Assembly (NCBI GenBank): GCA_964057225.1
Contig: CAXKVF010000072.1
Location: forward strand, 744,001-808,000
Direction: 5' to 3'
DNA length: 64,000 bases
Source of the DNA: Auanema rhodensis
Taxonomy: Eukaryota; Animalia; Nematoda
Position 1 is the first letter of the stretch; each line of letters begins with the position of its first letter. Positions 42,401 through 56,600 of the stretch are shown in pieces. The position numbers and the translations under genes are program-made. Below the pieces are notes generated by a model. That model made no database searches. It had not been told where the DNA came from and worked only from the letters and a program-made list of their open reading frames with translations.

Positions 42401-45400
42401 CGAGTTACATACCAAGTGCACATCACGTGTACATTTAATTAGCATTAATTAAAGTTCACGTATATTTCAAAGTCATGGTTACCATGAACTAATATCAATA
42501 AAAATTTGTTTTCAGACTAATATGGACATGGGGAATCTAATTTTGAAAACCGCATCTCTTTATCTTTCACGTGAAGCGAGTTACATACCAAGTGCACATC
42601 ACGTGTACATTTAATTAGCATAAATTAAAGTTCACGTAAATTTCAAAGTCATGGTTACCATGAACCAATATCAATAAAAATTTGTTTTTAGTTTAATATG
42701 GACATGGGGAATCTAATTTTGAAAACCGCATCTCTTTATCTTTCACGTGAAGCGAGTTACATACCAAGTGCACATCACGTGTACATTTAATTAGCATAAA
42801 TTAAAGTTCACGTAAATTTCAAAGTCATGGTTACCATGAACCAATATCAATAAAAATTTGTTTTTAGACTAATATGGACATGGGGAATCTAATTTTGAAA
42901 ACCGCATCTCTTTATCTTTCACGTGAAGCGAGTTACATACCAAGTGCACATCACGTGTACATTTAATTAGCATAAATTAAAGTTCACGTAAATTTCAAAG
43001 TCATGGTTACCATGAACCAATATCAATAAAAATTTGTTTTTAGACTAATATGGACATGGGGAATCTAATTTTGTAAACCGCATCTCTTTATCTTTCACGT
43101 GAAGCGAGTTACATACCAAGTGCACATCACGTGTACATTTAATTAGCATAAATTAAAGTTCACGTAAATTTCAAAGTCATGGTTACCATGAACCAATATC
43201 AATAAAAATTTGTTTTTAGACTAATATGGACATGGGGAATCTAATTTTGAAAACCGCATCTCTTCATCTTTCACGTGAAGCGAGTTACATACCAAGTGCA
43301 CATCACGTGTACATTTAATTAGCATAAATTAAAGTTCACGTAAATTTCAAAGTCATGGTTACCATGCACCAATATCAATAAAAATTTGTTTTTAGACTAA
43401 TATGGACATGGGGAATCTAATTTTGAAAACCGCATCTCTTCATCTTTCACGTGAAGCGAGTTACATACCAAGTGCACATCACGTGTACATTTAATTAGCA
43501 TTAATTAAAGTTCACGTATATTTCAAAGTCATGGTTACCATGAACTAATATCAATAAAAATTTGTTTTCAGACTAATATGGACATGGGGAATCTAATTTT
43601 GAAAACCGCATCTCTTTATCTTTCACGTGAAGCGAGTTACATACCAAGTGCACATCACGTGTACATTTAATTAGCATAAATTAAAGTTCACGTAAATTTC
43701 AAAGTCATGGTTACCATGAACCAATATCAATAAAAATTTGTTTTTAGTTTAATATGGACATGGGGAATCTAATTTTGAAAACCGCATCTCTTTATCTTTC
43801 ACGTGAAGCGAGTTACATACCAAGTGCACATCACGTGTACATTTAATTAGCATAAATTAAAGTTCACGTAAATTTCAAAGTCATGGTTACCATGAACCAA
43901 TATCAATAAAAATTTGTTTTTAGACTAATATGGACATGGGGAATCTAATTTTGAAAACCGCATCTCTTTATCTTTCACGTGAAGCGAGTTACATACCAAG
44001 TGCACATCACGTGTACATTTAATTAGCATAAATTAAAGTTCACGTAAATTTCAAAGTCATGGTTACCATGAACCAATATCAATAAAAATTTGTTTTTAGA
44101 CTAATATGGACATGGGGAATCTAATTTTGTAAACCGCATCTCTTTATCTTTCACGTGAAGCGAGTTACATACCAAGTGCACATCACGTGTACATTTAATT
44201 AGCATAAATTAAAGTTCACGTAAATTTCAAAGTCATGGTTACCATGAACCAATATCAATAAAAATTTGTTTTTAGACTAATATGGACATGGGGAATCTAA
44301 TTTTGAAAACCGCATCTCTTCATCTTTCACGTGAAGCGAGTTACATACCAAGTGCACATCACGTGTACATTTAATTAGCATAAATTAAAGTTCACGTAAA
44401 TTTCAAAGTCATGGTTACCATGCACCAATATCAATAAAAATTTGTTTTTAGACTAATATGGACATGGGGAATCTAATTTTGAAAACCGCATCTCTTTATC
44501 TTTCACGTGAAGCGAGTTACATACCAAGTGCACATCACGTGTACATTTAATTAGCATAAATTAAAGTTCACGTAAATTTCAAAGTCATGGTTACCATGAA
44601 CCAATATCAATAAAAATTTGTTTTTAGACTAATATGGACATGGGGAATCTAATTTTGAAAACCGCATCTCTTCATCTTTCACGTGAAGCGAGTTACATGC
44701 CAAGTGCACATCACGTGTACATTTAATTAGCATAAATTAAAGTTCACGTAAATTTCAAAGTCATGGTTACCATGCACCAATATCAATAAAAATTTGTTTT
44801 TAGACTAATATGGACATGGGGAATCTAATTTTGAAAACCGCATTTCTTTATCTTTCACGTGAAGCGAGTTACATACCAAGTGCACATCACGTGTACATTT
44901 AATTAGCATAAATTAAAGTTCACGTAAATTTCAAAGTCATGGTTACCATGAACCAATATCAATAAAAATTTGTTTTTAGACTAATATGGACATGGGGAAT
45001 CTAATTTTGAAAACCGCATCTCTTCATCTTTCACGTGAAGCGAGTTACATGCCAAGTGCACATCACGTGTACATTTAATTAGCATAAATTAAAGTTCACG
45101 TAAATTTCAAAGTCATGGTTACCATGCACCAATATCAATAAAAATTTGTTTTTAGACTAATATGGACATGGGGAATCTAATTTTGAAAACCGCATCTCTT
45201 TATCTTTCACGTGAAGCGAGTTACATACCAAGTGCACATCACGTGTACATTTAATTAGCATAAATTAAAGTTCACGTAAATTTCAAAGTCATGGTTACCA
45301 TGAACCAATATCAATAAAAATTTGTTTTTAGACTAATATGGACATGGGGAATCTAATTTTGAAAACCGCATCTCTTTATCTTTCACGTGAAGCGAGTTAC

Positions 45401-46470
45401 ATACCAAGTGCACATCACGTGTACATTTAATTAGCATAAATTAAAGTTCACGTAAATTTCAAAGTCATGGTTACCATGAACCAATATCAATAAAAATTTG
45501 TTTTTAGACTAATATGGACATGGGGAATCTAATTTTGAAAACCGCATCTCTTTATCTTTCACGTGAAGCGAGTTACATACCAAGTGCACATCACGTGTAC
45601 ATTTAATTAGCATAAATTAAAGTTCACGTAAATTTCAAAGTCATGGTTACCATGAACCAATATCAATAAAAATTTGTTTTTAGACTAATATGGACATGGG
45701 GAATCTAATTTTGAAAACCGCATCTCTTTATCTTTCACGTGAAGCGAGTTACATACCAAGTGCACATCACGTGTACATTTAATTAGCATAAATTAAAGTT
45801 CACGTAAATTTCAAAGTCATGGTTACCATGAACCAATATCAATAAAAATTTGTTTTTAGACTAATATGGACATGGGGAATCTAATTTTGAAAACCGCATC
45901 TCTTCATCTTTCACGTGAAGCGAGTTACATACCAAGTGCACATCACGTGTACATTTAATTAGCATAAATTAAAGTTCACGTAAATTTCAAAGTCATGGTT
46001 ACCATGAACCAATATCAATAAAAATTTGTTTTTAGACTAATATGGACATGGGGAATCTAATTTTGAAAACCGCATCTCTTTATCTTTCACGTGAAGCGAG
46101 TTACATACCAAGTGCACATCACGTGTACATTTAATTAGCATAAATTAAAGTTCACGTAAATTTCAAAGTCATGGTTACCATGAAGCAATATCAATAAAAA
46201 TTTGTTTTTAGACTAATATGGACATGGGGAATCTAATTTTGAAAACCGCATCTCTTTATCTTTCACGTGAAGCGAGTTACATACCAAGTGCACATCACGT
46301 GTACATTTAATTAGCATAAATTAAAGTTCACGTAAATTTCAAAGTCATGGTTACCATGAAGCAATATCAATAAAAATTTGTTTTTAGACTAATATGGACA
46401 TGGGGAATCTAATTTTGAAAACCGCATCTCTTCATCTTTCACGTGAAGCGAGTTACATACCAAGTGCACA
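39255..46470 (+). repeat. 18-monomer duplication with a nested 6-monomer duplication
   Basis: 39255-42246 is mirrored by 43479-46470 (TATAT, AGTTT, TTGTAAA, ACATGCC x2, AAGC x2). 42423-43478 is an extra copy of the first six monomers. Confidence 0.82.
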
Positions 46471-49400
46471 TCACGTGTACATTTAATTAGCATAAATTAA
46501 AGTTCACGTAAATTTCAAAGTCATGGTTACCATGAACCAATATCAATAAAAATTTGTTTTTAGACTAATATGGACATGGGGAATCTAATTTTGAAAACCG
46601 CATCTCTTTATCTTTCACGTGAAGCGAGTTACATACCAAGTGCACATCACGTGTACATTTAATTAGCATAAATTAAAGTTCACGTAAATTTCAAAGTCAT
46701 GGTTACCATGAACCAATATCAATAAAAATTTGTTTTTAGACTAATATGGACATGGGGAATCTAATTTTGTAAACCGCATCTCTTTATCTTTCACGTGAAG
46801 CGAGTTACATACCAAGTGCACATCACGTGTACAATTAATTAGCATAAATTAAAGTTCACGTAAATTTCAAAGTCATGGTTACCATGAACCAATATCAATA
46901 AAAATTTGTTTTTAGACTAATATGGACATGGGGAATCTAATTTTGAAAACCGCATCTCTTCATCTTTCACGTGAAGCGAGTTACATACCAAGTGCACATC
47001 ACGTGTACATTTAATTAGCATAAATTAAAGTTCACGTAAATTTCAAAGTCATGGTTACCATGCACCAATATCAATAAAAATTTGTTTTTAGACTAATATG
47101 GACATGGGGAATCTAATTTTGAAAACCGCATCTCTTTATCTTTCACGTGAAGCGAGTTACATACCAAGTGCACATCACGTGTACATTTAATTAGCATAAA
47201 TTAAAGTTCACGTAAATTTCAAAGTCATGGTTACCATGAAGCAATATCAATAAAAATTTGTTTTTAGACTAATATGGACATGGGGAATCTAATTTTGAAA
47301 ACCGCATCTCTTTATCTTTCACGTGAAGCGAGTTACATACCAAGTGCACATCACGTGTACATTTAATTAGCATAAATTAAAGTTCACGTAAATTTCAAAG
47401 TCATGGTTACCATGAACTAATATCAATAAAAATTTGTTTTTAGACTAATATGGACATGGGGAATCTAATTTTGAAAACCGCATCTCTTTATCTTTCACGT
47501 GAAGCGAGTTACATACCAAGTGCACATCACGTGTACATTTAATTAGCATAAATTAAAGTTCACGTAAATTTCAAAGTCATGGTTACCATGAACTAATATC
47601 AATAAAAATTTGTTTTTAGACTAATATGGACATGGGGAATCTAATTTTGAAAACCGCATCTCTTCATCTTTCACGTGAAGCGAGTTACATACCAAGTGCA
47701 CATCACGTGTACATTTAATTAGCATAAATTAAAGTTCACGTAAATTTCAAAGTCATGGTTACCATGAACCAATATCAATAAAAATTTGTTTTTAGACTAA
47801 TATGGACATGGGGAATCTAATTTTGAAAACCGCATCTCTTCATCTTTCACGTGAAGCGAGTTACATACCAAGTGCACATCACGTGTACATTTAATTAGCA
47901 TAAATTAAAGTTCACGTAAATTTCAAAGTCATGGTTACCATGAACTAATATCAATAAAAATTTGTTTTTAGACTAATATGGACATGGGGAATCTAATTTT
48001 GAAAACCGCATCTCTTCATCTTTCACGTGAAGCGAGTTACATACCAAGTGCACATCACGTGTACATTTAATTAGCATAAATTAAAGTTCACGTAAATTTC
48101 AAAGTCATGGTTACCATGCACCAATATCAATAAAAATTTGTTTTTAGACTAATATGGACATGGGGAATCTAATTTTGAAAACCGCATCTCTTCATCTTTC
48201 ACGTGAAGCGAGTTACATACCAAGTGCACATCACGTGTACATTTAATTAGCATAAATTAAAGTTCACGTAAATTTCAAAGTCATGGTTACCATGAACCAA
48301 TATCAATAAAAATTTGTTTTTAGACTAATATGGACATGGGGAATCTAATTTTGAAAACCGCATCTCTTCATCTTTCACGTGAAGCGAGTTACATACCAAG
48401 TGCACATCACGTGTACATTTAATTAGCATAAATTAAAGTTCACGTAAATTTCAAAGTCATGGTTACCATGCACCAATATCAATAAAAATTTGTTTTTAGA
48501 CTAATATGGACATGGGGAATCTAATTTTGAAAACCGCATCTCTTTATCTTTCACGTGAAGCGAGTTACATACCAAGTGCACGTCACGTGTACATTTAATT
48601 AGCATAAATTAAAGTTCACGTAAATTTCAAAGTCATGGTTACCATGAACCAATATCAATAAAAATTTGTTTTTAGACTAATATGGACATGGGGAATCTAA
48701 TTTTGAAAACCGCATCTCTTTATCTTTCACGTGAAGCGAGTTACATACCAAGTGCACATCACGTGTACATTTAATTAGCATAAATTAAAGTTCACGTAAA
48801 TTTCAAAGTCATGGTTACCATGCACCAATAACAATAAAAATTTGTTTTTAGACTAATATGGACATGGGGAATCTAATTTTGAAAACCGCATCTCTTTATC
48901 TTTCACGTGAAGCGAGTTACATACCAAGTGCACATCACGTGTACATTTAATTAGCATAAATTAAAGTTCACGTAAATTTCAAAGTCATGGTTACCATGAA
49001 CCAATATCAATAAAAATTTGTTTTTAGACTAATATGGACATGGGGAATCTAATTTTGAAAACCGCATCTCTTCATCTTTCACGTGAAGCGAGTTACATAC
49101 CAAGTGCACATCACGTGTACATTTAATTAGCATAAATTAAAGTTCACGTAAATTTCAAAGTCATGGTTACCATGAAGCAATATCAATAAAAATTTGTTTT
49201 TAGACTAATATGGACATGGGGAATCTAATTTTGAAAACCGCATCTCTTCATCTTTCACGTGAAGCGAGTTACATACCAAGTGCACATCACGTGTACATTT
49301 AATTAGCATAAATTAAAGTTCACGTAAATTTCAAAGTCATGGTTACCATGAACCAATATCAATAAAAATTCGTTTTTAGACTAATATGGACATGGGGAAT

Positions 49401-50694
49401 CTAATTTTGAAAACCGCATCTCTTTATCTTTCACGTGAAGCGAGTTACATACCAAGTGCACATCACGTGTACATTTAATTAGCATAAATTAAAGTTCACG
49501 TAAATTTCAAAGTCATGGTTACCATGAACTAATATCAATAAAAATTTGTTTTTAGACTAATATGGACATGGGGAATCTAATTTTGAAAACCGCATCTCTT
49601 TATCTTTCACGTGAAGCAAGTTACATACCAAGTGCACATCACGTGTACATTTAATTAGCATAAATTAAAGTTCACGTAAATTTCAAAGTCATGGTTACCA
49701 TGAACCAATATCAATAAAAATTTGTTTTTAGACTAATATGGACATGGGGAATCTAATTTTGAAAACCGCATCTCTTTATCTTTCACGTGAAGCGAGTTAC
49801 ATACCAAGTGCACGTCACGTGTACATTTAATTAGCATAAATTAAAGTTCACGTAAATTTCAAAGTCATGGTTACCATGCACCAATATCAATAAAAATTTG
49901 TTTTTAGACTAATATGGACATGGGGAATCTAATTTTGAAAACCGCATCTCTTCATCTTTCACGTGAAGCGAGTTACATACCAAGTGCACATCACGTGTAC
50001 ATTTAATTAGCATAAATTAAAGTTCACGTAAATTTCAAAGTCATGGTTACCATGAACCAATATCAATAAAAATTTGTTTTTAGACTAATATGGACATGGG
50101 GAATCTAATTTTGAAAACCGCATCTCTAGATCTTTCACGTGAAGCGAGTTACATACCAAGTGCACGTCACGTGTACATTTAATTAGCATAAATTAAAGTT
50201 CACGTAAATTTCAAAGTCATGGTTACCATGCACCAATATCAATAAAAATTTGTTTTTAGACTAATATGGACATGGGGAATCTAATTTTGAAAACCGCATC
50301 TTTTTATCTTTCACGTGAAGCGAGTTACATACCAAGTGCACATCACGTGTACATTTAATTAGCATAAATTAAAGTTCACGTAAATTTCAAAGTCATGGTT
50401 ACCATGAAGCAATATCAATAAAAATTTGTTTTTAGACTAATATGGACATGGGGAATCTAATTTTGAAAACCGCATCTCTTTATCTTTCACGTGAAGCGAG
50501 TTACATACCAAGTGCACATCACGTGTACATTTAATTAGCATAAATTAAAGTTCACGTAAATTTCAAAGTCATGGTTACCATGAACCAATATCAATAAAAA
50601 TTTGTTTTTAGACTAATATGGACATGGGGAATCTAATTTTGAAAACCGCATCTCTTTATCTTTCACGTGAAGCGAGTTACATACCAAGTGCACA

Positions 50695-53600
50695 TCACGT
50701 GTACATTTAATTAGCATAAATTAAAGTTCACGTAAATTTCAAAGTCATGGTTACCATGAACCAATATCAATAAAATTTGTTTTTAGACTAATATGGACAT
50801 GGGGAATCTAATTTCGAAAACCGCATCTCTTTATCTTTCACGTGAAGCGAGTTACATACCAAGTGCACATCACGTGTACATTTAATTAGCATAAATTAAA
50901 GTTCACGTAAATTTCAAAGTCATGGTTACCATGAACTAATATCAATAAAAATTTGTTTTTAGACTAATATGGACATGGGGAATCTAATTTTGAAAACCGC
51001 ATCTCTTTATCTTTCACGTGAAGCGAGTTACATACCAAGTGCACATCACGTGTACATTTAATTAGCATAAATTAAAGTTCACGTAAATTTCAAAGTCATG
51101 GTTACCATGAACTAATATCAATAAAAATTTGTTTTTAGACTAATATGGACATGGGGAATCTAATTTTGAAAACCGCATCTCTTCATCTTTCACGTGAAGC
51201 GAGTTACATACCAAGTGCACATCACGTGTACATTTAATTAGCATAAATTAAAGTTCACGTAAATTTCAAAGTCATGGTTACCATGAACCAATATCAATAA
51301 AAATTTGTTTTTAGACTAATATGGACATGGGGAATCTAATTTTGAAAACCGCATCTCTTCATCTTTCACGTGAAGCGAGTTACATACCAAGTGCACATCA
51401 CGTGTACATTTAATTAGCATAAATTAAAGTTCACGTAAATTTCAAAGTCATGGTTACCATGAACCAATATCAATAAAAATTTGTTTTTAGACTAATATGG
51501 ACATGGGGAATCTAATTTCGAAAACCGCATCTCTTTATCTTTCACGTGAAGCGAGTTACATACCAAGTGCACATCACGTGTACATTTAATTAGCATAAAT
51601 TAAAGTTCACGTAAATTTCAAAGTCATGGTTACCATGCACCAATATCAATAAAAATTTGTTTTTAGACTAATATGGACATGGGGAATCTAATTTTGAAAA
51701 CCGCATCTCTTTATCTTTCACGTGAAGCGAGTTACATACCAAGTGCACATCACGTGTACATTTAATTAGCATAAATTAAAGTTCACGTAAATTTCAAAGT
51801 CATGGTTACCATGAACCAATATCAATAAAATTTGTTTTTAGACTAATATGGACATGGGGAATCTAATTTCGAAAACCGCATCTCTTTATCTTTCACGTGA
51901 AGCGAGTTACATACCAAGTGCACATCACGTGTACATTTAATTAGCATAAATTAAAGTTCACGTAAATTTCAAAGTCATGGTTACCATGAACTAATATCAA
52001 TAAAAATTTGTTTTTAGACTAATATGGACATGGGGAATCTAATTTTGAAAACCGCATCTCTTTATCTTTCACGTGAAGCGAGTTACATACCAAGTGCACA
52101 TCACGTGTACATTTAATTAGCATAAATTAAAGTTCACGTAAATTTCAAAGTCATGGTTACCATGAACCAATATCAATAAAAATTTGTTTTTAGACTAATA
52201 TGGACATGGGGAATCTAATTTTGAAAACCGCATCTCTTCATCTTTCACGTGAAGCGAGTTACATACCAAGTGCACATCACGTGTACATTTAATTAGCATA
52301 AATTAAAGTTCACGTAAATTTCAAAGTCATGGTTACCATGAACCAATATCAATAAAAATTTGTTTTTAGACTAATATGGACATGGGGAATCTAATTTTGA
52401 AAACCGCATCTCTTCATCTTTCACGTGAAGCGAGTTACATACCAAGTGCACATCACGTGTACATTTAATTAGCATAAATTAAAGTTCACGTAAATTTCAA
52501 AGTCATGGTTACCATGAACCAATATCAATAAAAATTTGTTTTTAGACTAATATGGACATGGGGAATCTAATTTTGAAAACCGCATCTCTTTATCTTTCAC
52601 GTGAAGCGAGTTACATACCAAGTGCACATCACGTGTACATTTAATTAGCATAAATTAAAGTTCACGTAAATTTCAAAGTCATGGTTACCATGAACCAATA
52701 TCAATAAAAATTTGTTTTTAGACTAATATGGACATGGGGAATCTAATTTTGAAAACCGCATCTCTTTATCTTTCACGTGAAGCGAGTTACATACCAAGTG
52801 CACATCACGTGTACATTTAATTAGCATAAATTAAAGTTCACGTAAATTTCAAAGTCATGGTTACCATGAACCAAAATCAATAAAAATTTGTTTTTAGACT
52901 AATATGGACATGGGGAATCTAATTTTGAAAACCGCATCTCTTTATCTTTCACGTGAAGCGAGTTACATACCAAGTGCACATCACGTGTACATTTAATTAG
53001 CATAAATTAAAGTTCACGTAAATTTCAAAGTCATGGTTACCATGCACCAATATCAATAAAAATTTGTTTTTAGACTAATATGGACATGGGGAATCTAATT
53101 TTGAAAACCGCATCTCTTTATCTTTCACGTGAAGCGAGTTACATACCAAGTGCACATCACGTGTACATTTAATTAGCATAAATTAAAGTTCACGTAAATT
53201 TCAAAGTCATGGTTACCATGAACTAATATCAATAAAAATTTGTTTTTAGACTAATATGGACATGGGGAATCTAATTTTGAAAACCGCATCTCTTTATCTT
53301 TCACGTGAAGCGAGTTACATACCAAGTGCACATCACGTGTACATTTAATTAGCATAAATTAAAGTTCACGTAAATTTCAAAGTCATGGTTACCATGAACC
53401 AATATCAATAAAAATTTGTTTTTAGACTAATATGGACATGGGGAATCTAATTTTGAAAACCGCATCTCTTCATCTTTCACGTGAAGCGAGTTACATACCA
53501 AGTGCACATCACGTGTACATTTAATTAGCATAAATTAAAGTTCACGTAAATTTCAAAGTCATGGTTACCATGAACCAATATCAATAAAAATTTGTTTTTA

Positions 53601-56600
53601 GACTAATATGGACATGGGGAATCTAATTTTGAAAACCGCATCTCTTCATCTTTCACGTGAAGCGAGTTACATACCAAGTGCACATCACGTGTACATTTAA
53701 TTAGCATAAATTAAAGTTCACGTAAATTTCAAAGTCATGGTTACCATGAACCAATATCAATAAAAATTTGTTTTTAGACTAATATGGACATGGGGAATCT
53801 AATTTTGAAAACCGCATCTCTTTATCTTTCACGTGAAGCGAGTTACATACCAAGTGCACATCACGTGTACATTTAATTAGCATAAATTAAAGTTCACGTA
53901 AATTTCAAAGTCATGGTTACCATGAACCAATATCAATAAAAATTTGTTTTTAGACTAATATGGACATGGGGAATCTAATTTTGAAAACCGCATCTCTTTA
54001 TCTTTCACGTGAAGCGAGTTACATACCAAGTGCACATCACGTGTACATTTAATTAGCATAAATTAAAGTTCACGTAAATTTCAAAGTCATGGTTACCATG
54101 AACCAAAATCAATAAAAATTTGTTTTTAGACTAATATGGACATGGGGAATCTAATTTTGAAAACCGCATCTCTTTATCTTTCACGTGAAGCGAGTTACAT
54201 ACCAAGTGCACATCACGTGTACATTTAATTAGCATAAATTAAAGTTCACGTAAATTTCAAAGTCATGGTTACCATGCACCAATATCAATAAAAATTTGTT
54301 TTTAGACTAATATGGACATGGGGAATCTAATTTTGAAAACCGCATCTCTTTATCTTTCACGTGAAGCGAGTTACATACCAAGTGCACATCACGTGTACAT
54401 TTAATTAGCATAAATTAAAGTTCACGTAAATTTCAAAGTCATGGTTACCATGAACCAATATCAATAAAAATTTGTTTTTAGACTAATATGGACATGGGGA
54501 ATCTAATTTTGAAAACCGCATCTCTTTATCTTTCACGTGAAGCGAGTTACATACCAAGTGCACATCACGTGTACATTTAATTAGCATAAATTAAAGTTCA
54601 CGTAAATTTCAAAGTCATGGTTACCATGAAGCAATATCAATAAAAATTTGTTTTTAGACTAATATGGACATGGGGAATATAATTTTGAAAACCGCATCTC
54701 TTTATCTTTCACGTGAAGCGAGTTACATACCAAGTGCACATCACGTGTACATTTAATTAGCATAAATTAAAGTTCACGTAAATTTCAAAGTCATGGTTAC
54801 CATGAACCAATATCAATAAAAATTTGTTTTTAGACTAATATGGACATGGGGAATCTAATTTTGAAAACCGCATCTCTTTATCTTTCACGTGAAGCGAGTT
54901 ACATACCAAGTGCACATCACGTGTACATTTAATTAGCATAAATTAAAGTTCACGTAAATTTCAAAGTCATGGTTACCATGAACCAATATCAATAAAAATT
55001 TGTTTTTAGACTAATATGGACATGGGGAATCTAATTTTGAAAACCGCATCTCTTTATCTTTCACTTGAAGCGAGTTACATACCAAGTGCACATCACTTGT
55101 ACATTTAATTAGCATAAATTAAAGTTCACGTAAATTTCAAAGTCATGGTTACCATGAACTAATATCAATAAAAATTTGTTTTTAGACTAATATGGACATG
55201 AAGAATCTAATTTTGAAAACCGCATCTCTTTATCTTTCACGTGAAGCGAGTTACATACCAAGTGCACATCACGTGTACATTTAATTAGCATAAATTAAAG
55301 TTCACGTAAATTTCAAAGTCATGGTTACCATGAACCAATATCAATAAAAATTTGTTTTTAGACTAATATGGACATGGGGAATCTAATTTTGAAAACCGCA
55401 TCTCTTTATCTTTCACGTGAAGCGAGTTACATACCAAGTGCACATCACGTGTACATTTAATTAGCATAAATTAAAGTTCACGTAAATTTCAAAGTCATGG
55501 TTACCATGAACCAATATCAATAAAAATTTGTTTTTAGACTAATATGAACATGGGGAATCTAATTTTGAAAACCGCATCTCTTTATCTTTCACGTGAAGCG
55601 AGTTACATACCAAGTGCACATCACGTGTACATTTAATTAGCATAAATTAAAGTTCACGTAAATTTCAAAGTCATGGTTACCATGAACCAATATCAATAAA
55701 AATTTGTTTTTAGACTAATATGGACATGGGGAATCTAATTTTGAAAACCGCATCTCTTTATCTTTCACGTGAAGCGAGTTACATACCAAGTGCACATCAC
55801 GTGTACATTTAATTAGCATAAATTAAAGTTCACGTAAATTTCAAAGTCATGGTTACCATGAAGCAATATCAATAAAAATTTGTTTTTAGACTAATATGGA
55901 CATGGGGAATATAATTTTGAAAACCGCATCTCTTTATCTTTCACGTGAAGCGAGTTACATACCAAGTGCACATCACGTGTACATTTAATTAGCATAAATT
56001 AAAGTTCACGTAAATTTCAAAGTCATGGTTACCATGAACCAATATCAATAAAAATTTGTTTTTAGACTAATATGGACATGGGGAATCTAATTTTGAAAAC
56101 CGCATCTCTTTATCTTTCACGTGAAGCGAGTTACATACCAAGTGCACATCACGTGTACATTTAATTAGCATAAATTAAAGTTCACGTAAATTTCAAAGTC
56201 ATGGTTACCATGAACCAATATCAATAAAAATTTGTTTTTAGACTAATATGGACATGGGGAATCTAATTTTGAAAACCGCATCTCTTTATCTTTCACTTGA
56301 AGCGAGTTACATACCAAGTGCACATCACTTGTACATTTAATTAGCATAAATTAAAGTTCACGTAAATTTCAAAGTCATGGTTACCATGAACTAATATCAA
56401 TAAAAATTTGTTTTTAGACTAATATGGACATGAAGAATCTAATTTTGAAAACCGCATCTCTTTATCTTTCACGTGAAGCGAGTTACATACCAAGTGCACA
56501 TCACGTGTACATTTAATTAGCATAAATTAAAGTTCACGTAAATTTCAAAGTCATGGTTACCATGAACCAATATCAATAAAAATTTGTTTTTAGACTAATA

